From positions 85,395 to 149,394 of the forward strand of contig QKAF01000009.1 in NCBI GenBank assembly GCA_003246455.1: DNA of 64,000 nucleotides. Reading direction: 5' to 3'. Source of the DNA: Bacteroidota bacterium (GTDB lineage Bacteria > Bacteroidota > Ignavibacteria > SZUA-365). The notes beneath the pieces are model-generated. The model had not been told where the DNA came from and did not search any database. It worked only from the letters and a program-made list of their open reading frames with translations. The position numbers and the translations under genes are program-made. Position 1 is the first letter of the stretch, and each line of letters starts with the position of its first letter. This document shows, one piece after another, positions 18,423-28,711 of the stretch.

Positions 18423-21400
18423 TCAGCGGGGAAGCTGGAGCCAGCCGTCACGGAGACTGCTGCGGACCAATCCTTCCCCCCACTCGACCGATTTCAGGTC
18501 GAGCGCAACGCGGTTCCGGCCTTCGAGCACCGCGGCGCGCAGCACGGCGAGGGTCGGACTTCCTTTCTCGTACCGGCCGTCGATGCGGATGAGCTGCTCA
18601 TCTTCCGTTTCAGACAGCACCCGTCCGCCCGAGATCACGCCCAGCGTTTTTTTTTTCACCGCGAAAACCGCTGAACAGCTGCCAGCCCCTGCGGCGTCCA
18701 GTCCGGCCGGTTTGATCAGCTGCAGTGCAATGTCGATGGTATCTCCACGGCGCGCGTTCATGCGCGGCAGACTCACGGTCGCCGATCCAAAACGGATGTC
18801 GCGGACATCCGAGGCCGTTTCACAGCCGGTTTCATTCGCGGTGCGCACCTGGTAGCGGCCGCTGCGGTCCGCGACGAACGTCCGATCGGTCGATCCGCGC
18901 AGCACTTTGCCGTCACGAATCCACTGATAACGCGGAGCTTTGGCGGCGATGAGCGTATCGTGCCGCAGCTGAACCGACGCGACGGGCATCGGTCGCGTAT
19001 AGGTCGTGACAGGGGTCGCCTCCGCCTCGCAGCCACCTTCCCCTGTAACCGTTACGGAAAAGGTGCCGGCCTGGCGGACGCCGAGATACCGCTCCGTTGC
19101 GCCTGTCGACCACCGGTAGGCCGCATACCCCTTCCCTGCGTCGAGGACAACCGAATCGCCTTCGCAGAAGGTCAGCGGACCCAGTGCGGCGATACGCGGC
19201 GTCGGACGTTCAAACACGCGAACCCGCACGGGTGCCGACGTGGCGGCACAGCCACGGGCGTTTGTCCCGGTCACGGTATACTCACCCGCCTTGCGCACGA
19301 GAATGTCAGGCGAAGTCTCCCCGCTCGACCAGGCATAGGAGGAGAGACCCTGCGGCGCACGAAGCTGCACGCTGCCTCCCTCACAGATATCGGTGCCGCT
19401 TTCGGCGGTGATGGCCACGGCGGGAGCTTCGAGCATGTCCACGCGGACACTGTCGACGATCTGACAGCCCTCGGCGTCGGTGATCGTCACCGTATACGCG
19501 ATGTCTCCCAGCGGCGTGAGCAGCGGTGTGGCGATGGAGCGGTCGCTGATTCCGCCCGCAGGGCTCCAGAAGATCCTGTACGGTTTGGTCCCTCCGCTGA
19601 TATTCCCGCCGATGCCGACGGGCTGCCCTTCGCAGGCTTCTATTCTCCGCGCCATCGCGATCCGCAAGGGCTCCGCTACCGCGACCTGCACCGAATCCCT
19701 CGCGCGGCAGCCCCGCGCGTCCGTGATCGTCAGGCGGTAACGCGTGCTGCGAAGCGGCCGAGCATTCGTGGATGCCGATCGTGCATCGGAAAGTCCTTCG
19801 GAGGGCTCCCAGTGATAGGCGTACGGCGGCTGTCCGTCTTTCGCAACGGCACGCAGCGCGGCCTCCCCATCGGAACAGATGCGCTGGTCCTTTCCGGCGT
19901 CGACGGTCGGGACGGGATAGACGGTGACATTAACCGTATCGCGCGTCTCACAGTCATAACGGTTGCGAACGGTAAGAACGTACGCGGTGGACTTCACGGG
20001 TCGCGCAATCGGCTGGGCGGTTTTCGCGGAACTGAGACCGGTTTCGGGCGACCACGAGTAGCGTGCACCGTAAGCGGTGTCGACGCGTGCGGGACCGAGT
20101 CTCAATTCCCCGCCGAGACAGAGGGCATCGTCGTCCCCGGCGTCCGCCTTATTGCACGGCTGTACGGTAACGGTGATTGTCGCATTCACGCGGCAGCCGT
20201 TCGCATCCGTCACGGTGACGGTGTAGGTCGTGGTCTGGATGGGATTCGCCACGGGATTCGGCGCCGTGCCGTCGCTCAGCCCTTCCCGCGGCATCCAGTC
20301 GTAGCGGTACGGCGCGCTGCCCCCGCTGATTCCCAGTTCGATGCGCCGCCCCTGGTCCCGGCAGATTGTCATTTCGGCGGGCACGGAAACGATCGGACGC
20401 GGATAGATGAACACCGTGACCGCGTCGGAATCCGTGCATCCGCGGGCATCCGTGACCACGACCGTGTACTCTGTCGTCTGGTTGGGACTCGCCACAGGGC
20501 TCATGGACGACGGGTTGTCGAGACCGAAGGTTGGCGTCCAGCTGTAGCGAAACGGCGGAGTTCCGCCCGTGGCGGTTTCCCCGACCGGTGTGCTGCTCCC
20601 CGCGCACATGCGGATGTCCGCGCCGGCATGCGCTTCGGGCGACGGAGCGACCAGCACCGACACTTCGTCGGTGGCTGTGCAGCCGTTCGCATCCGTCACG
20701 CTCAGCGTATACACGCGCGAGGCCGACAACGTGACAGTGGGTGAGAGTTCACGCACACTGCTCAGACCCGCGGCGGGACTCCAGAGAATCGAATAAGGCG
20801 GGCGTCCGCCGGAAACCGACCCGTTGAGCACCGCCGGCGTCCCGTTACAGAGCACGACGTCCTCCCCTGCTCCCGCCACCGGCGGGGCGATCACCTCGAC
20901 ATCCACCTTCTGCTCGGCGGAGCAGCCGGCGGCGTCGGTGACGCGCAGGGTGTATGTCGCGCTGATCTGCGGATTCGCCACGGGATTGGCGATGCCGGGA
21001 TTGCTCAGCCCGAGCGGCGGCGTCCAGGAATAGGCGAACGGCGGCGAACCGCTGCGAATGCTCCCGGTCAGTTCGACGGAAGCGCCGGCGCAGATCTGAT
21101 GGCGATCCTTGTACCGCAGCTCGGGACGCGGCTGCACGGTCACACGGACACTGCCGCCGACGGTACAGCCATTGGCGTCGGTCAGGGTGACGCTGTAGGT
21201 GGTATTCCGGTTCGGATTCGCGGTGGGCATCGCACTGCCCGCGTTGTCAAGCCCGGCAGCGGGCGTCCAGCGATAGCGGTACGGGGCAGTCCCTCCGACT
21301 GCTTCGGCCCCGATGCGCACACCCTGTCCGTCGCAGACGTTGACCTCGGCGGCGAACTGAAGCTCCGGCTGCGGATGCAGCGTCACCATGACGGAATCGG

Positions 21401-24400
21401 AAACCGAGCATCCGTTTGCGTCGCGGACGGTAAGAATGTACAGCGCGCTCTGCTCGGGCCGCAGATCCGGCGTCAGCACTGCGGCGGAACTGAGTCCGGT
21501 ACGCGGCGACCACTCGTAGGTATACGGTTTTTTCCCGCCGCTGACACGCGCGTTCAGCTTCGCGGACTCGCCGGCGCAGAGAGCGATATTGTCTCCCGCA
21601 TCCACCACCGGGGGATCGTTCACGGAGACCAGCAGCGTATCCGCGGCGAAACAGCCGTTCGCGTCGGTCACGGTGACGATATACTGTGCGTCGCTGCGTG
21701 CGGTCAGCTGCGGACTCTGGGCGGATGCATTGTCAAGCCCGGCAGCAGGGGTCCAGAGATACCGATACGGCGCGGTGCCTCCGTTCACTTTCGCGAGAAG
21801 CGATGTCGGCGCGTTGGCGCATGCCGTGATGCGGCCGCCCGCGTCGACTTCGATGCCCGGGTGGACGCGAACGTTCAGCGAATCCCGGGAAGAACAGCCC
21901 AGTGCGTCCGTCACGGTAAGAACATAGTGCGTACTGCGCACGGGAGCGGCGATCGGGTTCGGGGCTTCCGGATTGTTGAGTCCCGCTGCGGGAGTCCAGA
22001 GGAAGCGGTACGGACCGCGTCCGCCGCGCACTTTCGACTGCAGAACCACGCTGCTGCCCGGACATACCGCGCGATCCTCACCTGCCTCCGCGATCGGGGG
22101 CTCGGCTACGGTGACGACGACAGTGTCGGTGGTCTGCGCACCCTCCGCGTCCGTGACGGCGAGCACGTATGTGGTCGTCGTACGCGGCGAGGCGGTCGGC
22201 CGGGCATCCTGCGGATTGGAAAGGGATTCGGCGGGGCTCCACGTGTACTGGTACGGGGGCGTACCGCCCGAGGCTTCTCCGCCGAGCTTCGTGCTGCCGT
22301 CGCGGCAGATTGTCGTATCCGGACCAGCGAAGGCCACCGGATCGTTGAATATCACTCTGAGGAGAAACGCATCCGTCAGTCCGGAGAGGTCCCCCTGGAA
22401 GATGTTGCCCACCGTACGGAAGCCCTTGCTTTCCGTGCCGCCTACGACCACCGCGTTGCCCTGCGGGTCCAGGCCGAGCCCGTAGCTGATGTCGTGTGTC
22501 TCACCCCCGTAGAACGTGCCCCAGAGATACCCGCCGGAGGAAGCGAACTGCGCGACGAAAACGTCGTAGCCTCCGCCCTTCCGGTCGAGAAAGGACTTTC
22601 CGGCAAGCGGGAAATTCCGGCTGCCGGTGAAACCGGCCACGAGCACATTGTCGTCGTTGTCGACGGCGAGCCCGGTGGCTTTGTCCACTTCCACGCCGCC
22701 GAGGTAACTGCTCCATCGCAGACCGCCGTTCGGATCCATGCTCGCAACGAAGGCGTCGATCAGTCCTCCCATCCGTTTCTGCACGGGGTTGCCCGCGAGC
22801 GGGAACTGCGTGCTCGCCGTGTACCCGGTGAGCATGAGGTTCCCCTTGCTGTCCAACCCGATGCGCTCGACGCTTTCTTCCTGTTCCCCGCCGAAGTAGG
22901 TGCTCCAGCGGATCTTTCGCTGCCGCCCGTCGAGACGGATCACGAATCCGTCGAAGCTTCCTCCGCCGTAGGCGGACTGGCGATCGAGCGTGATCGCGGG
23001 CAGGTTGGTGCTTTCCGTACGTCCGGCGATATAAATGTCGCCCCCTGGGTCCACCGCGATGGCCGCCGCGAAGTCCATGCTCCACCCGCCGATATACGTC
23101 GCCCACTCGCGAATGCCCTTCGGAGAAAACCGGGCGAGGAAAATATCGTAGTCCCCGTTGTTGCTGGTCTGAATGGCGTCGGGGGTCACCGGAAAATTCG
23201 TGCTGTAGGTTCCGCCCGTCACGTACACCGCTCCGTCGGGCGTCACGGCGATATCGCCGCATTCGTCGGAATAACTGCCGCCGAAGTACGTGGCCCAGCG
23301 GCGGCGGCCGTTCTCGTCCAGCGCCAGGAGGAACACGTCGTAGCGTCCGCCGTTGCGGGGCTGCAGTGCGTCCTGTGTGACGGGCAGATCCGTGCTCGAT
23401 GTCGATCCCGCGACATAGAGCTGGCCGTCTGCGGTGATCGCGATCTGCGGATTCTCTTCAGAAGCGCTGCCGCCGAAATAGGTGGACCAGAGCTGCTTGC
23501 GCTCCCGCGAGAATGCGCTGACGAACACTTCGAAGCTGCCATGCGAAGCGGCCTGCAGGGCACCCGGGGAGACCGGGAAATCGGCGCTGGCGGAGAATCC
23601 GGTGACATAGATCGTCCCCTTCCTGTCCACGACCACATCCCGCGCATAGTCCGAAAGCTTTCCGCCGAGGAAGGTGCTCCACTGAAGGAAGGGATCGATG
23701 ATCAGCGGGAGGGACGGATCCTGTCCGGCAACGAAGAAACCGAGCTGGCCGTCTTCCACCCGCCAGTGCGCCTCCAGCGGCATGCGGGCTTCGTCCTCCG
23801 TCTGCTGGTAGACGAAAGGCGCGGCGTCGCGGAGCAGTCCCGCGGCATGATGGAATTCGAGCCCGCCGTCGGGAGCGAGCGAGGGATCCCCTGCGCCGTC
23901 GAGACGCATGGCGATACGCGAGTAATCCGCTCCCGGGTGCACGATGAATTCATACTTGACGCCGCGCTCTTCCAGGCGGCACACGAGATCGATTCCCGGA
24001 TAGAGGTTCTCGAACGTCACACCGCCGAACAGCGTCACGTCTTCCCTCCCGGCGGGAACGCCGGGGAAATACCAGTGCTGCGGCGCGGAACGCGGCGCCG
24101 TCAGGATCGTGCGACCCGCGCTGCATCCGTCGAAGCGGAGATCGACGCGGTACTGCGCCAGGCCGTTTTGGGAGGACGTACGGCGATCGCGGTCGGCATG
24201 AACGTCGGTCGCGCCGAAAGGCGTTTCGGGGAGTCCGTAATACACCAGGCTCAGGCCGCGCTCGAACACGAACAGGCGGGCGTTGTTCAGCGGCGTACTG
24301 ACGGCGAGGCAGCCGCCTTCCGAAGCGGGGACGCGCCACTGCCCGTGGTTTTCAACAAGGACGAACGGCGCTGCGGGGAGGTTTTCCGGCAGGATGACGG

Positions 24401-24494
24401 TGTGCGGGACCTGTTCTCCGGACGCAGGTGCGGACAGGCGTACGAACACCATGATCGCGGGAAGAACGGAAAGGAATGACGTCTTCAGATTCAC
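18423..24494 (-). CDS. Giant surface protein: SBBP beta-propeller repeats plus about 14 PKD/SprB-like Ig repeats
   Basis: 2023 aa; LVENHGQW, NLYPGID, LIIDP...WSTFLGG SBBP signature; repeated WSTYFGG/GSTxSxDFP; ~83-aa repeats DAGxDxxIC...GGxxPYxYxWSPxxGLS...TVTDAxGC. Confidence 0.85.
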   Translation of the reverse strand: MNLKTSFLSVLPAIMVFVRLSAPASGEQVPHTVILPENLPAAPFVLVENHGQWRVPASEGGCLAVSTPLNNARLFVFERGLSLVYYGLPETPFGATDVHADRDRRTSSQNGLAQYRVDLRFDGCSAGRTILTAPRSAPQHWYFPGVPAGREDVTLFGGVTFENLYPGIDLVCRLEERGVKYEFIVHPGADYSRIAMRLDGAGDPSLAPDGGLEFHHAAGLLRDAAPFVYQQTEDEARMPLEAHWRVEDGQLGFFVAGQDPSLPLIIDPFLQWSTFLGGKLSDYARDVVVDRKGTIYVTGFSASADFPVSPGALQAASHGSFEVFVSAFSRERKQLWSTYFGGSASEENPQIAITADGQLYVAGSTSSTDLPVTQDALQPRNGGRYDVFLLALDENGRRRWATYFGGSYSDECGDIAVTPDGAVYVTGGTYSTNFPVTPDAIQTSNNGDYDIFLARFSPKGIREWATYIGGWSMDFAAAIAVDPGGDIYIAGRTESTNLPAITLDRQSAYGGGSFDGFVIRLDGRQRKIRWSTYFGGEQEESVERIGLDSKGNLMLTGYTASTQFPLAGNPVQKRMGGLIDAFVASMDPNGGLRWSSYLGGVEVDKATGLAVDNDDNVLVAGFTGSRNFPLAGKSFLDRKGGGYDVFVAQFASSGGYLWGTFYGGETHDISYGLGLDPQGNAVVVGGTESKGFRTVGNIFQGDLSGLTDAFLLRVIFNDPVAFAGPDTTICRDGSTKLGGEASGGTPPYQYTWSPAESLSNPQDARPTASPRTTTTYVLAVTDAEGAQTTDTVVVTVAEPPIAEAGEDRAVCPGSSVVLQSKVRGGRGPYRFLWTPAAGLNNPEAPNPIAAPVRSTHYVLTVTDALGCSSRDSLNVRVHPGIEVDAGGRITACANAPTSLLAKVNGGTAPYRYLWTPAAGLDNASAQSPQLTARSDAQYIVTVTDANGCFAADTLLVSVNDPPVVDAGDNIALCAGESAKLNARVSGGKKPYTYEWSPRTGLSSAAVLTPDLRPEQSALYILTVRDANGCSVSDSVMVTLHPQPELQFAAEVNVCDGQGVRIGAEAVGGTAPYRYRWTPAAGLDNAGSAMPTANPNRNTTYSVTLTDANGCTVGGSVRVTVQPRPELRYKDRHQICAGASVELTGSIRSGSPPFAYSWTPPLGLSNPGIANPVANPQISATYTLRVTDAAGCSAEQKVDVEVIAPPVAGAGEDVVLCNGTPAVLNGSVSGGRPPYSILWSPAAGLSSVRELSPTVTLSASRVYTLSVTDANGCTATDEVSVLVAPSPEAHAGADIRMCAGSSTPVGETATGGTPPFRYSWTPTFGLDNPSSMSPVASPNQTTEYTVVVTDARGCTDSDAVTVFIYPRPIVSVPAEMTICRDQGRRIELGISGGSAPYRYDWMPREGLSDGTAPNPVANPIQTTTYTVTVTDANGCRVNATITVTVQPCNKADAGDDDALCLGGELRLGPARVDTAYGARYSWSPETGLSSAKTAQPIARPVKSTAYVLTVRNRYDCETRDTVNVTVYPVPTVDAGKDQRICSDGEAALRAVAKDGQPPYAYHWEPSEGLSDARSASTNARPLRSTRYRLTITDARGCRARDSVQVAVAEPLRIAMARRIEACEGQPVGIGGNISGGTKPYRIFWSPAGGISDRSIATPLLTPLGDIAYTVTITDAEGCQIVDSVRVDMLEAPAVAITAESGTDICEGGSVQLRAPQGLSSYAWSSGETSPDILVRKAGEYTVTGTNARGCAATSAPVRVRVFERPTPRIAALGPLTFCEGDSVVLDAGKGYAAYRWSTGATERYLGVRQAGTFSVTVTGEGGCEAEATPVTTYTRPMPVASVQLRHDTLIAAKAPRYQWIRDGKVLRGSTDRTFVADRSGRYQVRTANETGCETASDVRDIRFGSATVSLPRMNARRGDTIDIALQLIKPAGLDAAGAGSCSAVFAVKKKTLGVISGGRVLSETEDEQLIRIDGRYEKGSPTLAVLRAAVLEGRNRVALDLKSVEWGEGLVRSSLRDGWLQLPR

Positions 24495-24640
24495 GCGGTT
24501 GACTCAGGAGATTGAATGCACGGAATTACATCCGGTTAACGAAAAAAAGGTACGAAAATTGGCAGTCAATGCACAGATGTCCTTCCCTGCACGTCGGGGT
24601 GCGGGAGAAGGCGCAGGCGGCGCCTCCTCCCTGCCCGGCA

Positions 24641-25693
24641 CTATCGGAGGATCAGCAGCGGCTTCTGTGCAACGGCCGCGCCGGATGCGAGACGAAGGAA
24701 ATACATGCCGGCTGGAAGGCCGCTGATGTTGACGGGCGTCTGCCGCGCTCCGGCACCCGCGTCGAGCACGATGCGCCGAAGCTCGCGTCCGCAATTGTCA
24801 TGCAGCGTCAGAACCGCAGCCCCATCGGCCTTCCATGCGACGACGGTCTGTCCGCCGGCCGCGGGATGCGGGTACACCGAGGTGATGCCGAACGCGTCGG
24901 GTGCGCTCGTGCTCCCAACGGCGGAGGGGAGCTGATGGAACGTGAGGCTGGCGTCGACCACACCCGGAGTCCAGCTTTCCGCATCGAGCGTATCGACGGT
25001 GAGGGACGCACTCACACCGTCTTTCGTCAGGAACATGTAGTTCACCGAACTGGTGATGTCCTCGCTGAGGACCATGCCCGCGATTTCGACGCGGTCGGTG
25101 ATCTGCGACTTGTTGCGGATGCACAGGGCCGGCCAGCTGCCCAGCGCGGTGATCAGTATGCCTTCTGAAACGACGTCGATCTGCATTTCGGTCTGCTGGT
25201 AAAAGCCCTCCATGGGCTGCACCTCGTTGCCGGAGTAGGTCCACGACGCGCCGAGCTGGAGGGGGAACTTGAACGCCGGCTGCTCCGGATCATATTTCAG
25301 GACGTATGGCACGCCTGCCACCTCCGTGGCGAACCCCTGATCGTAGTACCCCGTGTCGTCCAACCGCGAATAGCTGAACGCGATCGTTTCCGATCCGAGA
25401 ATCTGGGCATGCGTCGCGGTCGGGAAGTCGACGGCGTACGGCGTCATGTCCGGGGAGAGGAAGACCGATTGGTAGGTCGACTGTTCGAAACTGAATGACG
25501 AGAAATCGTACACCTGCCCGCCGCCCGAGGCGCCGAGGTCGAACGTGACGCCGGAAAGCTCCGGCGTGGAGAAAATCGTGAGGTCTCTATCTACCAGCTC
25601 ATCTTCCATATCCGCGCGCGTAAACGTCAGCTGCGCATGTGCGGTACCGGCAAACAGAAGGCCGGCAAACAACAGAAAGAAGCATTGTTTCAT
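24641..25693 (-). CDS. Secreted protein with T9SS C-terminal domain
   Basis: GGAG SD, MKQCFFLLFAGLLFAGTAHA-Q signal peptide; C-terminal VYPHPA...ISGLPAGMYFLRL. Confidence 0.75.
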   Translation of the reverse strand: MKQCFFLLFAGLLFAGTAHAQLTFTRADMEDELVDRDLTIFSTPELSGVTFDLGASGGGQVYDFSSFSFEQSTYQSVFLSPDMTPYAVDFPTATHAQILGSETIAFSYSRLDDTGYYDQGFATEVAGVPYVLKYDPEQPAFKFPLQLGASWTYSGNEVQPMEGFYQQTEMQIDVVSEGILITALGSWPALCIRNKSQITDRVEIAGMVLSEDITSSVNYMFLTKDGVSASLTVDTLDAESWTPGVVDASLTFHQLPSAVGSTSAPDAFGITSVYPHPAAGGQTVVAWKADGAAVLTLHDNCGRELRRIVLDAGAGARQTPVNISGLPAGMYFLRLASGAAVAQKPLLILR

Positions 25694-25817
25694 CGTGGAC
25701 TCCATGAATAAATATGTGAGCGGAATGATACGAAAAAGCGGTGCAAAATGGGAATGCAGACCGTGCTCCGGCGCGGTTCCGCGCCCTGCGTGCATCGCGC
25801 GGGGCGGCCGTTCTGGG

Positions 25818-25848
25818 TTGCATTTCGCACCCTGTCTCTGTAACTTTG
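25818..25848 (+). promoter_or_regulatory. Putative Bacteroidota primary-sigma promoter (-33 TTG / -7 TAnnTTTG)
   Basis: TTG at 25818-20, 20-nt spacer, TAACTTTG at 25841-48, upstream of ATG 25906. Confidence 0.5.
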
Positions 25849-25905
25849 TTGATTCTCTGGTTTTCCAAACTGCACACCCCCACCCCATCACCATTCGGAC
25901 CGCAT

Positions 25906-27069
25906 ATGCTTACCGGAAGCGATTTCTACAACATAGACAGTCTGTTTCAGGAAGATGAGCTCATGGTGCGGGACGCCGTGCGGGGGTTTGTCCGCGGCGA
26001 GGTCCTGCCGGTGATCGAGGAAGCCGCCCGTGAGGGACGGTTCCCGATGCACCTGCCCGCGGCGATGGCGGAGCTCGGCATATTCGGTCCGACGCTGCCG
26101 GAGAAGTACGGCTGTGCGGGCGCGAACAACGTCATGTACGGTATCATGATGCAGGAACTCGAGCGCGGCGACAGCGGCGTCCGCAGTTTCGCAAGCGTCC
26201 AGAGCTCCCTTGTCATGTACCCGATTTTCCGCTACGGCACCGAGGAACAGCGCAGCCACTGGCTGCCGCGCCTCGCGCGTGCCGAAGCAATCGGCTGTTT
26301 CGGACTGACGGAACCGGACCACGGCTCCGATCCGGGCGGCATGGAAACGCGCGCAGTGCAGGACGGGGATCACTACGTTCTGAACGGCGCAAAGATGTGG
26401 ATCACCAACGGCACCATCGCGGACGTGGCCGTGGTCTGGGCCAAGCTCGACGGCGAGGTCCGCGGTTTCCTCGTCGAGAAAGGGACTCCCGGTTTCACCG
26501 CACCGGAAATGAAGGGCAAGCATTCGCTGCGCGCGTCGGTAACCTCGGAACTGGTGTTTCAGGACTGCCGGATTCCCGCGGAGAACATCCTGCCGGAAGC
26601 GCGGGGTCTGAAAGGACCGCTGGGCTGCCTGACGCAGGCGCGGTACGGTATCGCGTGGGGAGTCATCGGCGCCGCGGAGATGTGCTACCACACCGCACTC
26701 GACTATGCAAAAACCCGCAAGCAGTTCGGCAAGCCCATCGGGGGCTTCCAGCTCGTGCAGGAGAAACTGGTATACATGGAAACCGAGATCACCAAGGCGC
26801 GCCTGCTCGCGCTGCATCTCGGACGCATGAAAGACAACGGGACGATGACCTTCGCACATGTTTCCATGGCGAAACGCAACAACGTTGACATCGCCCTGCG
26901 CATCGCGCGCATCGCACGCGATATCCTCGGCGCGAACGGAATCCTCGACGAGTACCCGGTCATGCGCCATATGAACAATCTCGAGTCGGTCCGTACGTAC
27001 GAGGGCACGCATGACATTCATACGCTGATCCTCGGCAGCGAAATCACCGACATCCCCGCGTACAGCTAG
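25906..27069 (+). CDS. gcdH: Acyl-CoA dehydrogenase, glutaryl-CoA dehydrogenase type
   Basis: [68 protein letters not shown]. Confidence 0.85.
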   Translation: MLTGSDFYNIDSLFQEDELMVRDAVRGFVRGEVLPVIEEAAREGRFPMHLPAAMAELGIFGPTLPEKYGCAGANNVMYGIMMQELERGDSGVRSFASVQSSLVMYPIFRYGTEEQRSHWLPRLARAEAIGCFGLTEPDHGSDPGGMETRAVQDGDHYVLNGAKMWITNGTIADVAVVWAKLDGEVRGFLVEKGTPGFTAPEMKGKHSLRASVTSELVFQDCRIPAENILPEARGLKGPLGCLTQARYGIAWGVIGAAEMCYHTALDYAKTRKQFGKPIGGFQLVQEKLVYMETEITKARLLALHLGRMKDNGTMTFAHVSMAKRNNVDIALRIARIARDILGANGILDEYPVMRHMNNLESVRTYEGTHDIHTLILGSEITDIPAYS

Positions 27070-27091
27070 TAACCACAATCGGAATATCATC

Positions 27092-28564
27092 ATGCCGCAG
27101 AAGCGCATCAGAATGGGACTCACGTTTGACGACGTCCTGCTTGTGCCCCGCAAATCGAAAATTCTGCCTCGCGAAGCAGACGTCCGGACCCGTCTCACAC
27201 GGGAAATCGACCTCAACATTCCCCTCCTCAGCGCCGCCATGGATACCGTCACCGAGTCGGAGATGGCCATCGCCCTCGCGCGTGAAGGAGGAATCGGCAT
27301 CGTGCACAAGAACATGCCGATCCACAAGCAGGCCGAAGAGATCGACAAGGTCAAGCGCTCCGAGAGCGGCATGATCGTCAATCCCATCACCATGCGCCCC
27401 GACAAAACCGTCGCGGACGCGCACGAGGTGATGGAGAAATACAGTATCTCCGGCATCCCCATCGTCGACGATGACGAGAAGCTCATCGGCATTCTCACCA
27501 ACCGCGACCTGCGCTTCGAACCCAACCAGTCCATGCTGGTCTACGATATCATGACCAAGGAGAAGCTGGTCACCGCGCCCCTCGGCACGACGCTGGAAGA
27601 GGCGGAATCCATCCTCCAGGAGCATCGCATCGAGAAGCTGCCCGTGGTCGACAAGAACGGACAGCTCCGCGGCCTGCTGACCTTCAAGGACATCATGAAG
27701 AAGAAGCACCACCCCAACGCGGCGAAAGACAGCTTCGGCCGACTGCGCGTGGGAGCGGCGGTGGGTATCGCGAGCGACACGATGGACCGCGTGAAAGCGC
27801 TGGTCGACGCGGCAGTGGACGTCGTTGTCGTCGACACCGCGCATGGACATTCCTTCGGCGTTCTCGAAATGGTCCGAAAGGTGAAGAAGCAGTTTCCCGA
27901 TCTTCAGGTGATCGCCGGGAATGTCGCGACGGCCGCGGCGGTCGAAGACCTGATCAAGGCGGGCGCCGACGCCGTCAAAGTCGGCATCGGGCCGGGCAGC
28001 ATCTGCACCACCCGTGTGGTCACCGGCGTGGGCGTTCCCCAGGTAACGGCGATTCTTGACTGCGCGGAAATGGGCGCAAAATACGGCGTCCCCATCATCG
28101 CGGACGGCGGCATCAAGCAGACGGGCGACGTCCCGAAAGCCCTCGCCGCCGGAGCGGACACGGTCATGCTCGGCAGCATGTTCGCCGGCCTCGAAGAAAG
28201 CCCCGGCGAGAAAGTCCTTTACGAAGGACGCCGCTACAAAATGTACCGCGGCATGGGATCCATCAGTGCGATGAAGGAAGGAAGCAAGGACCGCTACTTC
28301 CAGGATGTCGAAGACGATATCAAGAAGCTGGTTCCCGAAGGCATCGAGGGCATGGTTCCGTATCGCGGCAAGCTCGAGGAAATCGTCTACCAGCTCATCG
28401 GCGGACTTCGCGCCGCCATGGGATATTGCGGCGTCGGCAGCATTCCCGATCTGAAAATCAAAAGCGATTTCATTCAGATCACGACGGCAGGACTCAAGGA
28501 AAGCCACCCGCACGACGTGTTTATTACGAAGGAAGCACCCAACTACCAGGCGGGGAACGCCTGA
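27092..28564 (+). CDS. guaB: IMP dehydrogenase
   Basis: [22 protein letters not shown] pair, [13 protein letters not shown] active site, YRGMGS, VPEGIEG. Confidence 0.97.
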   Translation: MPQKRIRMGLTFDDVLLVPRKSKILPREADVRTRLTREIDLNIPLLSAAMDTVTESEMAIALAREGGIGIVHKNMPIHKQAEEIDKVKRSESGMIVNPITMRPDKTVADAHEVMEKYSISGIPIVDDDEKLIGILTNRDLRFEPNQSMLVYDIMTKEKLVTAPLGTTLEEAESILQEHRIEKLPVVDKNGQLRGLLTFKDIMKKKHHPNAAKDSFGRLRVGAAVGIASDTMDRVKALVDAAVDVVVVDTAHGHSFGVLEMVRKVKKQFPDLQVIAGNVATAAAVEDLIKAGADAVKVGIGPGSICTTRVVTGVGVPQVTAILDCAEMGAKYGVPIIADGGIKQTGDVPKALAAGADTVMLGSMFAGLEESPGEKVLYEGRRYKMYRGMGSISAMKEGSKDRYFQDVEDDIKKLVPEGIEGMVPYRGKLEEIVYQLIGGLRAAMGYCGVGSIPDLKIKSDFIQITTAGLKESHPHDVFITKEAPNYQAGNA

Positions 28565-28572
28565 GATAGCGG

Positions 28573-28697
28573 TTATCCACAGGGCCGCCGACGGTCATCA
28601 CCCGGTGGCCCTGTTTGCATTTGTCGATTTCGAGCCAGAATCGATGATTATCTGTATTCCTTCACGGTTTTCCACAGTTTCTCATAAGTTATCCACA
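28573..28697 (+). promoter_or_regulatory. Cluster of DnaA boxes
   Basis: TTATCCACA at 28573-81 and 28689-97, TTTTCCACA at 28668-76, all in the same orientation within a ~150-bp intergenic gap. Confidence 0.6.
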
Positions 28698-28711
28698 ATT
28701 CCGCAACACAA

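Noticed and set aside
21099..24479. 1126-aa plus-strand ORF (also 18960-20744, 48776-51145, 53085-55721, 40150-42333, 58340-60364 and similar)
   Set aside because: Antisense shadows of well-supported genes; expected from high-GC codon bias; no recognisable motifs
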